DNA of 63,918 bases, counting the filler, from Hausera hauseri (taxonomy: Eukaryota): assembly GCA_046269625.1 (NCBI GenBank). It is 12 parts of 12 records of this genome, joined end to end, with 100 filler letters (N's around TTAATTAATTAA, not from the genome) between each part and the next. Parts side by side here need not be neighbours in the genome. Positions count along the whole stretch, not along the records: positions 22,778 to 30,054 come from JBJURY010025119.1; positions 30,155 to 36,420 come from JBJURY010119320.1; 10 more parts are not named here. One strand, 5' to 3'. The notes under the pieces were generated by a model. That model saw only the letters and a program-made list of their open reading frames with translations. It was not told where the DNA came from and searched no databases. The stretch's first letter is position 1; each line of letters opens with the position of its first letter. Both the position numbers and the translations under genes were made by a program. Below are positions 22,778 to 34,000 of this stretch, piece after piece.

Positions 22778-24050
22778 GTGATCTGAAGCCGTGCAGACAC
22801 ACAGGACACCATTTGCATCGTATTTGTTTTTTGATAAACTGATCATGATCCATAATCAGCAATCTATCCAAATTTGTCACGGCCACGTAATGATTCTTTT
22901 TCTTTTGCTGCAATAACAACAAATTTATTGAGCAACCATTTGGGTTTAGACTACCGTAAATTATATCCACATGGGGGATTTTGTAAATTTCTTCATTCGC
23001 CATCATTTCTACGATTGCATTGTACCGGAACACGTTGATTGTCAGTGTCGAATTACGCCCTTCAAATGTCGGAATGGATTTCAGTTTCATCGTCATCCAG
23101 CTTTCATCGAAATCCTATTCGGAAAAATATTTCTGATCCTGTTTTGGACGAGGTGCACTACGTTTGTCCACTTCGTCGTATTTCAATATCGCCAGAATAC
23201 TGTAAAGAAAGCGGTATCCGTCGTTAGTATTTTTTACATTCACTACCGCCAGAGACTGCTTCAGAACTGCAGGTGTCGGTATGAATGATTGCCCGAACAA
23301 ATATATTATGTCACTCCACTTCGTTACAATAAAGCCGAGAGTGACAATTCGTATAATTCGCCATCCACTACCCTTTTCCGTGCTGTTGACGATTTTCTCA
23401 TCGAGCTTTTCGCCTACATGGGCAATAAAATCGTCGGAATACAGTACGGCTCGATGTGACAGGTACCACTGTTTCCTGTCACCTTCCAAATTTTCAAATT
23501 CTGCAAGTGCATAATATTGCACTTTGTAGTGGTGGTGGTGTTTTTGGAATTTGGCCACCTCTATTTCCAACCGGTTACGCACATGAGCAGGTACATCCTT
23601 CAATTGCGTTGCTGTTTTCACCGTCATGCCCACCTTCATGTCCACGTACGATTTGTTCAGGTCATACTTGACTGTAATGTTGGCAATATTGGCCTCCTCT
23701 TCTTCTTTTTGATGCTGTTCCTGCTGCTGCTGCTCATGCTGGGCACTGTTTCTGATTAAGTCGTCAAGACTTATTAAAGCCTGATGTTTCCTACTGGTTG
23801 TTGTTGTTGTTGTTGAGGGGATGATGCTGCTGCTCTTGCCGCTGTTGTTGTTGTTGTCCATAAATATTTGTTTTTTCGACCGCTTAAACTGGTTTAAGTG
23901 GTCCTTGTGCAAATTATAGAATTGTTCATAGTTGATTTGATCATCATTATCAACTATAGAACAACAACTGGGACAAACAAATGGCCCGTTTACTGTGCAG
24001 CGTTGTGATAATGCCATAGTACTGCTCCATTGCAGTATGGCAACCATCAA
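22778..24050 (-). pseudogene. pPolB-associated N-terminal region (Polinton/adintovirus-like), frameshifted
   Basis: KGSGWRIIRI...QSFIPTPAVLKQSLAVVNVKNTNDGYRFLYSILA, then IPTFEGRNSTLTINVF...INLLLL...HYVAVTNLDRLL...WCPVCLHGF. This is the same motif series that precedes Exo I in contigs 2 and 9. Confidence 0.8.
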
Positions 24051-24092
24051 CGTTATGCACTTTACTAGTACAGTAGTGTAGATATGTGGGGC

Positions 24093-24149
24093 AATGCGTA
24101 AGCATCATCTATGGGCCGCGTAAACGGCCCGAGATGATGCTTGTGCATT
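24093..24149 (+). other. Long imperfect hairpin upstream of the pPolB N-terminus
   Basis: AATGC-GT-AAGCATCATCT-AT-GGGCCG-(CGTAAA)-CGGCCC-G-AGATGATGCTT-GT-GCATT. Confidence 0.85.
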
Positions 24150-24474
24150 TCGTAAAAGTCAGCGTACGGGCACTGCATTGAAATATTGCATGTTGGACAC
24201 ACATACGTATTCGTTCCAACAGTCTAATACTTCGCCATCTGCTGATGGCACTGCTCATGGTCTGTGTGTATGCGTAATACACAATACACGGGATAATGTT
24301 TGCATTTCTGAATGAGAAACAAATTAAAGTAAGCGTAAAATATATTAACTTATTTATACTTTAAATAAAATAAACACAACTTTTATGGTGGGTTGGGATG
24401 GTGGTGGTCTAAGGGCGACTATAAATATTTAGCACTCAATGTCACTCAAGTAAAACAAACAGAGAGTCAGACAG

Positions 24475-24753
24475 ATGGAAGAGTACATAGAAAGTGAGAT
24501 TTAGAGATTGACCGATGACATTTTGACCGGCCATGTGTTTCATGTTCAGTACCTATGTGAGCTGTGAGAAACGAAAATAATGAGCAGGCGAGAATATATT
24601 GAATTGATAGTCAGATCTCTGTTCGTAAAACGTATCGAGGATGAAATGAGACGAAAACAACAACAACAACAACGACGTATTAATTTCCTCATTGGGTTTG
24701 TATTTACTGCTTCACTTTGTATTGTAATGAAAAAGTTGATTAACCGTATTTAA
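24475..24753 (+). pseudogene. Small tail-anchored protein pseudogene (two in-frame stops)
   Basis: TATAAATA at 24420. The frame MEEYIESEI*...RRKQQQQQRRINFLIGFVFTASLCIVMKKLINRI* has a C-terminal hydrophobic helix. Confidence 0.4.
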
Positions 24754-24857
24754 CCACAAATATATAATTTCGCTACGTATTTGTTTTTATTGTGTGTGTG
24801 TGTTCAAGCTACATTGCAGTATAAATACTTGAGCTTTTCCTCACATAAGATTATACA

Positions 24858-25249
24858 ATGTCTCACTTAACGACACAACTCATTAGCTTATACCACTCAT
24901 TCGACGGTCTCCGGAACAACCTGTACAATTTCGATCGACCTTTGGATAATGCTTGATATTTGCCTCCGAAAGAGCTACTTCTACTTGTTGAGCAGAATTG
25001 AAGGGCACATTTGATCAAGAAATGACGACGACGACGACGACATTGGACTATAATAATAATCCTCGTCAATTTGTGACCGATTTTCTCAAACGTAGAGGTA
25101 GTAGTCAGACGGATTACATTCCTACTTGGCAGTCAGCAAATAAAATTTGCTTGAAGCAATATTGCAGTGTGGTTAATTCCAACGGTCTCGATCATTCTTC
25201 TTCTTCTCCGGAATTGGTTATTCCTTGCGGTTTGTGTAATCCGAATTGA
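24858..25249 (+). pseudogene. Small unknown gene remnant ending in CxxC
   Basis: TATAAATA at 24820 and ATG at 24858. After a stop and a frameshift it continues into ORF 24998-25249 (...ICLKQYC...PCGLCNPN*). Confidence 0.35.
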
Positions 25250-25280
25250 CTCGAAAGATTTAGTAGTAGTAGTAGTAGTA

Positions 25281-26526
25281 TCCTATAAAAAGAATAAAAG
25301 TTTGATGTGAACTTTTTCTTTTCTCATTACTCAGAACGAAGTAGGTGAGGAAAAGTGTTGTCCAAAACTAGGTCAGACAAAAAAGTTAGAGGTAGGTAAA
25401 TGGTGGGTAAATTAAATAAAAAAATTAAAATTATTACTAATAAAAATTATTAAAAGAAAAATAAAAATAAACAAACATTCATCTTCTGTTAGTGCAAATT
25501 TTCAACAAAAATGACGATAAACTAAGTGCAATGGTATTTATGTGTATGTCTTGGTATTACTTTACTGACAAGTACTGTTGACTTTGTGAAAACAGTGACT
25601 CCCAAAATAAAACCATATCTAACCAAATGTCCATTACTTCGACACACTGCCCTTCACGCCACTAGTAATAGAACGAATCATGAGAAAAAGTACATTTTAA
25701 TTAATATGAGCTTTTGGACACACACACGCCACAACTCATTATTTTGTTTTGCATGCAGGCATGTCTGGCGCGTAACGCACACTTGTTTCACGTCACGCCT
25801 CACCATTGCATGTGTCAACTCTTCGTATACCGGATTTGTCTTCTGCGACGCAACATGCAAAACCAACCGCACCACTAAACTCGCCGTTGTCGATTTGCGT
25901 TCACTTACCGGCGCTAACATCAATGGATCCACCTGCGTTTCCATTGGCGCCACCTTTTCTTCTCTCTCTCTCTCTCTTTTAACCGACTTTCCCCAAACAT
26001 GGGAACCCCTATGTTTCCCACATTATTAAAACTCTACTCTACACACACTTTCTCCTACCATCCCTGCAGAAATTTTGCTTTTTTTCCTTTTGCATTTCCC
26101 GACTTTGTCTTTTGCGACACACAAAAACCGACCACACCACTAAACTCACTGTTGTCGATTTGACCACAAACCGTTCATTTACGGTCGCTATCATCAATGG
26201 TTCCACCTGCGTTTCCATTGGCGCCACATTTTCTTCTTCTTCTTATCTTCCACCGACTTTCTCGCTTTTCCTAGACACGCGAACTCTATGTTCCCTACAT
26301 TATTCGAACGCCCGTACCCTACTATACACTTTCTCCTATCTATCCCTGCTCAAATTTTGCTTCTGGAAAAAGTTTGCTTTTTTCTTTTGCATTTTCCGGC
26401 TTTGTCTTTTGCAACGCGCAAAATCCGACCGCAACAATAAAATCGCCGTTGTCGAATTGACCAGTCAGCATGCGAGCCGCTTTTGATTGGTCAATCGGTG
26501 CGTGGGTGGATCCCCCGCTGGTCTAG
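25281..26526 (+). mobile_element. Possible non-autonomous Helitron-like insertion with internal ~280-bp tandem repeats
   Basis: It begins A|TCCTATAAAAAG and ends with the GC hairpin GCGTGGGTGGATCCCCCGC followed by TGGTCTAG. About 2.3 diverged repeat units start at ~25840, ~26105 and ~26400. Confidence 0.4.
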
Positions 26527-26955
26527 AACGCTCTTTTTTCCCTACTCACTTTCAATTTTATCTGTTAATTGTTTAAGAAGATTGCTAATATCGAAATCCT
26601 TTTCATAAATGTCAATTTCAGTAGCAAAGGCATTAGACTGGTAGATCATTGCTAGTTGATCCACATATTCATCAAATGGTCTTTCAACTGAACTTTCATC
26701 ATTTGTTTCTTCACAATCCTATTAAAATAATTAAGTCAAGTATATTGAACATAAAATTATACGCTTATCAGTGGGGATTTGTCATTACATTCACCAAATT
26801 CTTCTTCCATAATAATTCCATCAACAGTACTATGTTCATTTGGGTCAATAATTATGACCTTACCATTTTCATCAGTATCAACTCGAATGCAGTGCTCCAT
26901 TTTATTTCTTTTCAACTGAATTAATTTGTTTATATATTAATTTGTTTATATTCTG

Positions 26956-26979
26956 ATTGGTTGAAAATAAGTATAAATA
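26956..26979 (+). promoter_or_regulatory. Inverted CCAAT box (ATTGG) plus TATA box (TATAAATA) of the TBP-like gene; similar pair at 27456-27486
   Basis: GATTGGTTGA..GTATAAATA lies 26 nt before ATG 27005. GATTGGTTGA..GTATAAAC lies before ATG 27521. Confidence 0.6.
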
Positions 26980-27004
26980 GAAGTATGAGTGTGACATTTT
27001 AAAA

Positions 27005-27441
27005 ATGTTAGTTAATATTAATTATAAGGCGCATACGGATGCAAAAAATGTCCAACATCACCAGTTTAACGAATGGAAACCAAGACAGTGTATTCTTAAT
27101 TATGCCGATTACAAAATCATAATGTTCCCAAGAGGTAGTTATCGCATTATTGATTGTAAGGAACCTATTGTGGAATCTGATTTACCACTAAATATTAAAA
27201 TAGAAAGGCTTCAGTCAGTTACCATATGTGTGAATCTGAATGAAAATATAAATATGAATGACTTGGCACAAAAAGTACCAAGTTCATATGAGCCGGAATT
27301 ATTTCTACATTACGTCTAACAGAATTCAATCCACTATGTGTTAATGTTTTTCATAGTGGCAAAATTGTTAATCTCGGAATAAAGTCATTAGACTATAAGC
27401 ATATACTTGATACAATTTCATACATTTTACTTTCAATATGA
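27005..27441 (+). pseudogene. Minimal intronless TATA-binding-protein (TBP)-like gene with a single 1-nt frameshift at ~27305
   Basis: The ORF ends ...LQSVTICVNLNENINMNDLAQKVPSSYEPELF. Adding one base continues it as (P)TLRLTEFNPLCVNVFHSGKIVNLGIK...LLSI*. Compare TBP repeat 2: IQNMVGSCDV.FPIRLEGL...SSYEPELFPGLIYRM..P..VLLIFVSGKVVLTGAK. The repeat 1 equivalents are LVNINYKA and KIIMFPRGSYRIIDCK. Confidence 0.85.
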
Positions 27442-27726
27442 CTCATCGCGTTTTGATTGGTTGATTTTGAATGAAAAAGTATAAACGCTGATGTTTCATC
27501 AGAATATTTCATTTCTTAAAATGTCCTATTCACAATTTCCGACTTACCAGTCCAGTTTTTTGGTTAGTACGGGATTCAACAACCATTTTCACAATACGGT
27601 TTTGATTATCCACCACCACCACCAACAGCAACTTCAACACCAAAAAGTTTGTTTAATGTAGATTTGTTAATATGATTACATAGATGTATTTTAAAAGCAA
27701 TAAAAAGAATCAAACTTGATGATACA

Positions 27727-28137
27727 TTGGCTTTGTCCGATGATGAACAATTCAATGAGCCAACAATATTTCACGGATATGAAATACATATGTTGAAAAA
27801 ATGGACAATACCAACTTTGACAAATGTGGATATCCAAGAAAGCAACTATGGATTTTGTATCAAAAACCTAACTGATAAACAAAATGAAACTATTAATGAC
27901 GCTTTTGTCTCTATCCACCCAAAGTTTAATATGACTGAAAGAGATGTATTTATACGATCGGATGTAAATGACAAAATTATTGATTCTTATGGAAATGAAT
28001 TGTCGAATTATTGTCAAATATCAGATAAAGTAACTGAAGTCAAAATACAATTACAAGGATATAAGACAAAGAAAGATGCAATTCTTCCGGTTTGGATAAT
28101 ACATGAACTTTTACCGATTTACCGAGTTTTTGAATAA
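27727..28137 (+). CDS. Hypothetical element protein (possibly OB-fold/SSB-like); start uncertain
   Basis: 136-codon open frame in AT-rich DNA, intronless, on the same strand as the TBP-like gene. The fold guess comes from the beta-rich pattern only. Confidence 0.45.
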   Translation: MALSDDEQFNEPTIFHGYEIHMLKKWTIPTLTNVDIQESNYGFCIKNLTDKQNETINDAFVSIHPKFNMTERDVFIRSDVNDKIIDSYGNELSNYCQISDKVTEVKIQLQGYKTKKDAILPVWIIHELLPIYRVFE

Positions 28138-28139
28138 TT

Positions 28140-28572
28140 TTGAGTCCTACATAAAAAGTATTCAGTTTTTTGAGCTCTATCGACTGGTACAGGTTTCAAG
28201 TCCATATGACGTATCGATTTGAATATATATCAATTCGAATATTTCGAAAAAAATTTTCAAAATGAAATATCTCCGCAACAAAAAATCATATTGACATGGG
28301 ATAAAGTGGGTTAGATGCAGAAAAAAATTCTCTATCGAATACAGTTAAAATTGATGACCTATACTTTAAAATAAAATTCGATTTTCAGTGCTTAAAATAT
28401 TCGAAACGTAATATTGAAACCCTAAACGTCGCATTGACTTGCGATCAAGTTTGTCGGGATCAGGAAAATGTCCTCTATCAAATAAAATCAAAATTATCTA
28501 TTTCCAATTTTCTCGATAAAACTTGATTTTCGAATATTTGTCAAATATTTTTTTATTTTCTCATGTACCCTA
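28140..28572. mobile_element. Non-autonomous DNA transposon/MITE fragment
   Basis: Recurrent CTCTATCGA/CTCTATCAA subterminal motifs (28175, 28330, 28473), AAATATCTCCGCAAC, and a ...GTACCCTA terminus. Confidence 0.4.
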
Positions 28573-28717
28573 GCCGATAGCTGTTATTTAAACCAAAAAT
28601 CCCCCCAAAATGTTGTTTGCATGCAAAGATAATTATGTTTGTGTGTAATAACGTAAAAAATGCAATATACTTTTATTTATATAACAAATAAATCAGAAAT
28701 ATGTAGAAAGGAAATGT

Positions 28718-29930
28718 TTACACATTTGTACAATAATGTCCGTATGCGACACTTTTGTTCTTTGTTATCCACGGATGTTTGTCATCAAATGGGTCCAATG
28801 TCTTTTTTCTCGATTGGATTGTCATGAGCTGATGGATTTTAGTCAAAATTCGTTCCTGATTCATCATGGTGCTGCAACCGGTTTCAAATGCTTGTAAGTA
28901 GTTAGTGAACTGCAAATCGGTTTGTTTGAGATTGATGCCATTGCATTTGAGGACTGATTTACTTTCGGTTTTCAATGCATATGATTTCAGCCGTAGGAAA
29001 ATTGCCTCCTGATACTGAATGCAGCCCTTACTTTCGTCTTTAAATTTTCCAATTAGAGACGCAAAACGAGTCGAGTACAGTAGATCATTCTTGTTATAGT
29101 TCGAAGTTCCCAACTGTTCATTAGCTATCATTGATGGTAAGAGCTGCGATCTCAAATCAACTCCATGACACTCAAGAAAGAAACTGTCAGTGTCACCAGC
29201 AACAATATTAAGTTCACACTGGAACTGGTATATATAGTTCTCCAACTCTATATAATTTAGTTCATACATTCTCAACTTAGAAAGATTCAGAACATCTTGA
29301 CCAATGTATGAGTGTCTTTCTAATGTCACAATGTCTTTATCGAAAAGAACGGCAACTAGATCATCGGCTATTATAATGCTCGCTTTAAACTGGGCTTTTC
29401 TAGCATATGTAACTAACTTTTTAGAATTATTACACAATCTAAGGTTTTACCTTTTCAATAGGTCTTCAAGTGTTTTCCCATATAAGCTTATATTCTTAAG
29501 CTTAAAGAAATCTTTTTCAAAAGAATTATTTGCGGCAGCCATCCTTGCAGTATTTATATCTATGCAATCCTTAAATACATAACCCTGGTCAAACTTAACA
29601 GCCCGATGTACCTTTTCAACTACAGCGCCTAACTCGATGTACAACTGTAAGAGTCGATACTGAACAACATAGTTGGACTTACGCTCATGTGTCAGAAACA
29701 ATTCCTTTATTTTAGAACCAGGAGGACATTGGTCGATTGGGGCTAGAGGCAGTTGGTCCAACTTACCATGTTTGTCTGCAGGAATGCTTAAATCAACTTC
29801 AAAAACTAAGCCTCAGTTTTCCTTAACACAGTCAATGTAAGGCAATTGTTGGATTAGACTGATCAAAACGTCCTCATCGTAAATCTAAATCAGATTTGCA
29901 AATGGCAAAGATTGAGAAAAAGCCCATCCA
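28718..29930 (-). pseudogene. Protein-primed DNA polymerase B, C-terminal polymerase domain
   Basis: DQLPLAP, FFKLKNISLYGKTLEDL (motif B), AGDTDSFF (motif C), LIGKFKDE, LRLKSYA, KCNGI and LDPFDDK...SVAYGHY. Confidence 0.9.
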
Positions 29931-30154
29931 AAAACTCGTGCAATGCCTGGTGCGGGCCAGCGTCTCCAATTGTTTTAAAAATTTTCATTCATTCGCAAAT
30001 AATAACAACAATAAAAAAAAATAAATAAATAAAAAAAAAAAAAAAAAAAAAAAANNNNNNNNNNNNNNNNNNNNNNNNNNNNNNNNNNNNNNNNNNNNTT
30101 AATTAATTAANNNNNNNNNNNNNNNNNNNNNNNNNNNNNNNNNNNNNNNNNNNN

Positions 30155-30890
30155 GTTGCTGGCCGAAATTATTAGGGAACAGTTAGGTCTTTCCTAGAGT
30201 GTATTAGTTTTGGTTACATTGCTAGTAGTAGTTATGTGCTTTATTTAGAACATGTTTTCTAAATTAGTTTAATAATAAGTGTTAAATAAACATGTTAGTT
30301 AAAAGGACTTTACTAATAGTGAACATATAGACAAATACGTTAAATTTATTACATTAGTGAAAAGTGTTCTAGTTAAAAATGTTTGTTAAGTTTAGGATTC
30401 TAATTCTAATGCTAGAGAAAAGTCTGTAGTAAAAGTTAGGGCAAACTTACAGTACTGCTATTGGAAAATACGTGCTTACTATTAGCGTGTATCTTAGTTA
30501 TAATGTTTCTTTCCATGTATTCGTTAGTTAATAGCTAGCCTGTTTGCTTATTAGGTACTGACAGTCAATAATTAGTAGTATCGTAAAATTATTATTAAAT
30601 TTGGGTATAACTTTATATTACTATCTCGTTAGTGGAAAGCTATTTAGTAGTGAATAGTTAGTAATATCACACAATTATTACATGTTGCTAACAATATTTC
30701 TTTCCACAGAGTAGTTACATTACTATTTAGTGTACCAGCGGCTAGTTAGTTACAAGATTGTTAGTTATAAAATGTTTTCTAATTTAGTTAAACAGTATGT
30801 GTTAGATACACACGTTAGTTACGCATAGGAAAGGTTAGAAACTTACTAGTAGTGTGTATATTAGTTAAAGTATTTCTACAGTAAGGATCC
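30155..30890. repeat. AT-rich, TAGT-rich region with an imperfect ~520-bp-period repeat
   Basis: 30253-30320 (TGTTTTCTAAATTAGTTT...GTTAGTTA...TTACTAATAGTG) resembles 30773-30854. Confidence 0.5.
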
Positions 30891-31008
30891 GGTGGTTTTC
30901 TATTTCACAGAAACACAAGTGTGACGAGTGCGGAAGGGTTTTCCGAGGATTTGATAATTTCCAACGTCACCTGGAAACGGCACATGGTAAACAAAACACA
31001 ATTGGCAA

Positions 31009-34000
31009 TTGTGTGGGCACATGTATGGGCGGGTCAATAATTTGAAGACCCATCTGAAAAAACAACACAACAAACGACCCTCAGATGGTGAACTGGATGA
31101 ACCCTTGGCCAAGAAGACTAGACATGAAACCAAGAGAGAGAATGCGAGTACGAGTGTTAGTTCGATCGATGTCGGTGCGAGCGATAGTGAGTGAAAGCGA
31201 TGTTGGTGCTAGTGTGGTTGGCGCATTACCGAATGAATCCCTTCGCGATCTCCCTGCTGATCTTAGATCAGTGTATGTAGACAACTGGTTTGCCATTAAT
31301 ACACATAGCAATGTAAACAAACACCTATCAACTTATACTTTTTTCCATTCTCCCATTTCTGACCACAATAATAATAATAAGGCCATACATACATTACAAC
31401 ACGACTCAAACAACAAACCTTATACCGACAATCTCTGCTTTTTCAGATGTCTGGCCCTTTTTAACAAATGTCCCCTTAAAGACACTAGACAAGTTACACT
31501 ACAATTATTCAATCAATGATATGTTTTCCAGGGGGTTTCCCTGGTCGAACCATTCCCCAGTGTAGCGTTTGTAGACTTAGCTAGGCTCGAAGTTTGTTTT
31601 AATCTAAACATAGGCGTCTTCGAGTACATTGATCAGGTTCTCTTCCCCAAGGCTAGAAGCAGTAGTAATTTCCCCCGGACGTTGACGGTATTGTTCTTCA
31701 GTCAACATTTCTTATTCATTTCCAACATTAATAAGGCCGCTCATGCCGTTAGTTGTTCCAAATGCGGCAAGCTGTGGTAGCGCTACTGGTCCATGACAAA
31801 GCACGAGAAGACGTGTCAGGATGACGCAATAGTACAAGTTTGTAAAGGTGGCATCTATAACCCACTCAAAACGATCCTGGAAAAGATTTCTCAGCTCGGA
31901 ATCGAAGTTGATACTAAATATGTGTACTGTTTTCGTTCCACCTATGATTTCGAAACATACTTTGTAAAAAATGAATTGCCAAAGGAGACGAGTTCAACGC
32001 AATACGTCTTTCTTCACGCGCCTTTATCGGTCGCCATAGCCTCAAACATTCCAGGGTTTGAAAACCACAAGCTTATGTCAGTGAGGGATGTCCCCAAAAA
32101 CTGGTCAACAAGATGGTCAAGCATCTCGGGACAATCGCTGACGCCGCCTACGACATCTTATGCAAAGCTAGCCGAAATGAAGGCTACAGACAAGTTGGAA
32201 AGCTACTTGCGTGAGTTGTTGGTAATCGGGTTTAATTTCGGAAAGTACGACCTAAACGTTATTAAACCCTATTTGATTAAGGCTCTTTCCGACCTGGTCG
32301 GGAAAAAGGATGAAGCCGTTTCATCCGAGGTCGGAGATAAAACCGAGAAGGGCTCTTCCTCGACCAATCCTTTTATTTATATAGTTAAGAGAAATAACAA
32401 CTTCATGTGTCTAGGGACACAGAAGTTAAAGTTCCTCGATATTTGCAATTACCTCGCTCCCGGTTTTAATTACTGTAAATATAAGGTGGAAGAAACTAAA
32501 GGTTTCTTCTGTTACGAGTACGTAGATAGTTTACCAAGTTGGATGAAACTGTATACCTCCACACTCCGCCTTCCATTCGACACTTAAAAATAGCTACATT
32601 TCCGAAAAGGACTACGAATATTGTCAACGAGTAAGGAAAGTGGAGGGGATGCGTACCCTTAGGGACTTTCTCGTGTGGTACAACAACAGAGACATAGTCC
32701 CCTTTATAACAGCCTTTGATAGACAAGCCGCGTTTTATGCCGAGTTGGGGGTAGATATTTTTAAGCAGGCGATTAGTGTCCCAGGGTGACCTTAAATTTT
32801 TTTTTTTAAAACTCTGCCCACCGACGTTAGCTTTTCCTTGTTTTCCAAGCGCCAGCAAGATCTCCGCCAGACCCTTAGGGAGAATATAGTCAGGGGTCCT
32901 AGCATCATATATCATAGATTCCATACCGCCGGCAAGACGCGTATTAGGGGTGATACATCAGTTAAGAGTATTAAGGGTTATGACGTTAATGCTCTGTATC
33001 TCTGGGCTCTAATGCAAGATATGCCGACCGACTTTGCCATTGTAAGAACTTGTGAAGATGGGTTTAAGAAACATACCATTAATTCATCCACAAAGCAGAG
33101 TCGGGAATGGCTGGCGTGGATTGAACACGTGCATGGCATAACCCTCAAAACCCAATATAACGGCGGGGAAATGGTGATCGGTCTCAAGCACGACAAGGTT
33201 GATAGTTGGGATTAAGTATCGTGAACAGCCTACCAGTTTCGCGGGTGCCTGTTTCACGGACACCCAGATACCCCCATCACAGAAAGTCAAGTCGTGAATC
33301 CCATCAGTAAGAAGCCGCTGGCAGCTCTTTACGTAAAAACGTGCAAGGTGCGAGAATATCTCCCACACGAAGTCACTGTCGTCGAGCTATGGGAATGTGA
33401 ATGGATATCGATGAAAAAAGCTGACGCATCGATTGATGCATTTCTAAACACTACGCCTTTCAGGGCGCGAACCACGTTCCGACAGCTGCCGATCGAAGAA
33501 GAGATTCTCAAGGCCGTACAGAAAAACAAGTGCTTCAGTCTTATAGAATGTGATATACACCTACCAGACAATTTAAAAGAGTACTTTGCCGAAATGACGC
33601 CAATCTTTAAAAACATTGACGTCTCTAGGGACGACATTGGAGACTACCGTCAAAAACAAACTTTTCACGAATCCACGTCGAACTCTGGTAGGGAGTTATA
33701 AAGGCGACAAGAGCCTCCTGGCGACTACTCTATTTAAATGGTATTTGAAAAAAGGATTACAAGTGACCAAGATATATCGGGTGATTGAATATCACCCTGT
33801 GGCTTGTTTCAAAAAATTTGGGGACCGCTTCTCCGATGCTCGGCGCCAGTGGTACAAAAATGACTCTGACTCTATTACAAGTGAGACGATGGAATTGCCC
33901 GGCAACTCTAACTATGGGAATACATTGACCAACAAAGCCAAGCACATGGCGATATCTTATTGTCGGCGTAAAGACACGACAAAATGCGTCAACAACCCAT

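Noticed and set aside
25678-25953. Histone H4-like words (VYEELTHAM...CLHAKQ versus IYEETRGV...TEHAKR) near the TBP-like gene
   Set aside because: Only two tripeptides match, the H4 core is otherwise absent, and the ORF begins inside a tandem repeat. It is probably chance; HHpred would settle it.
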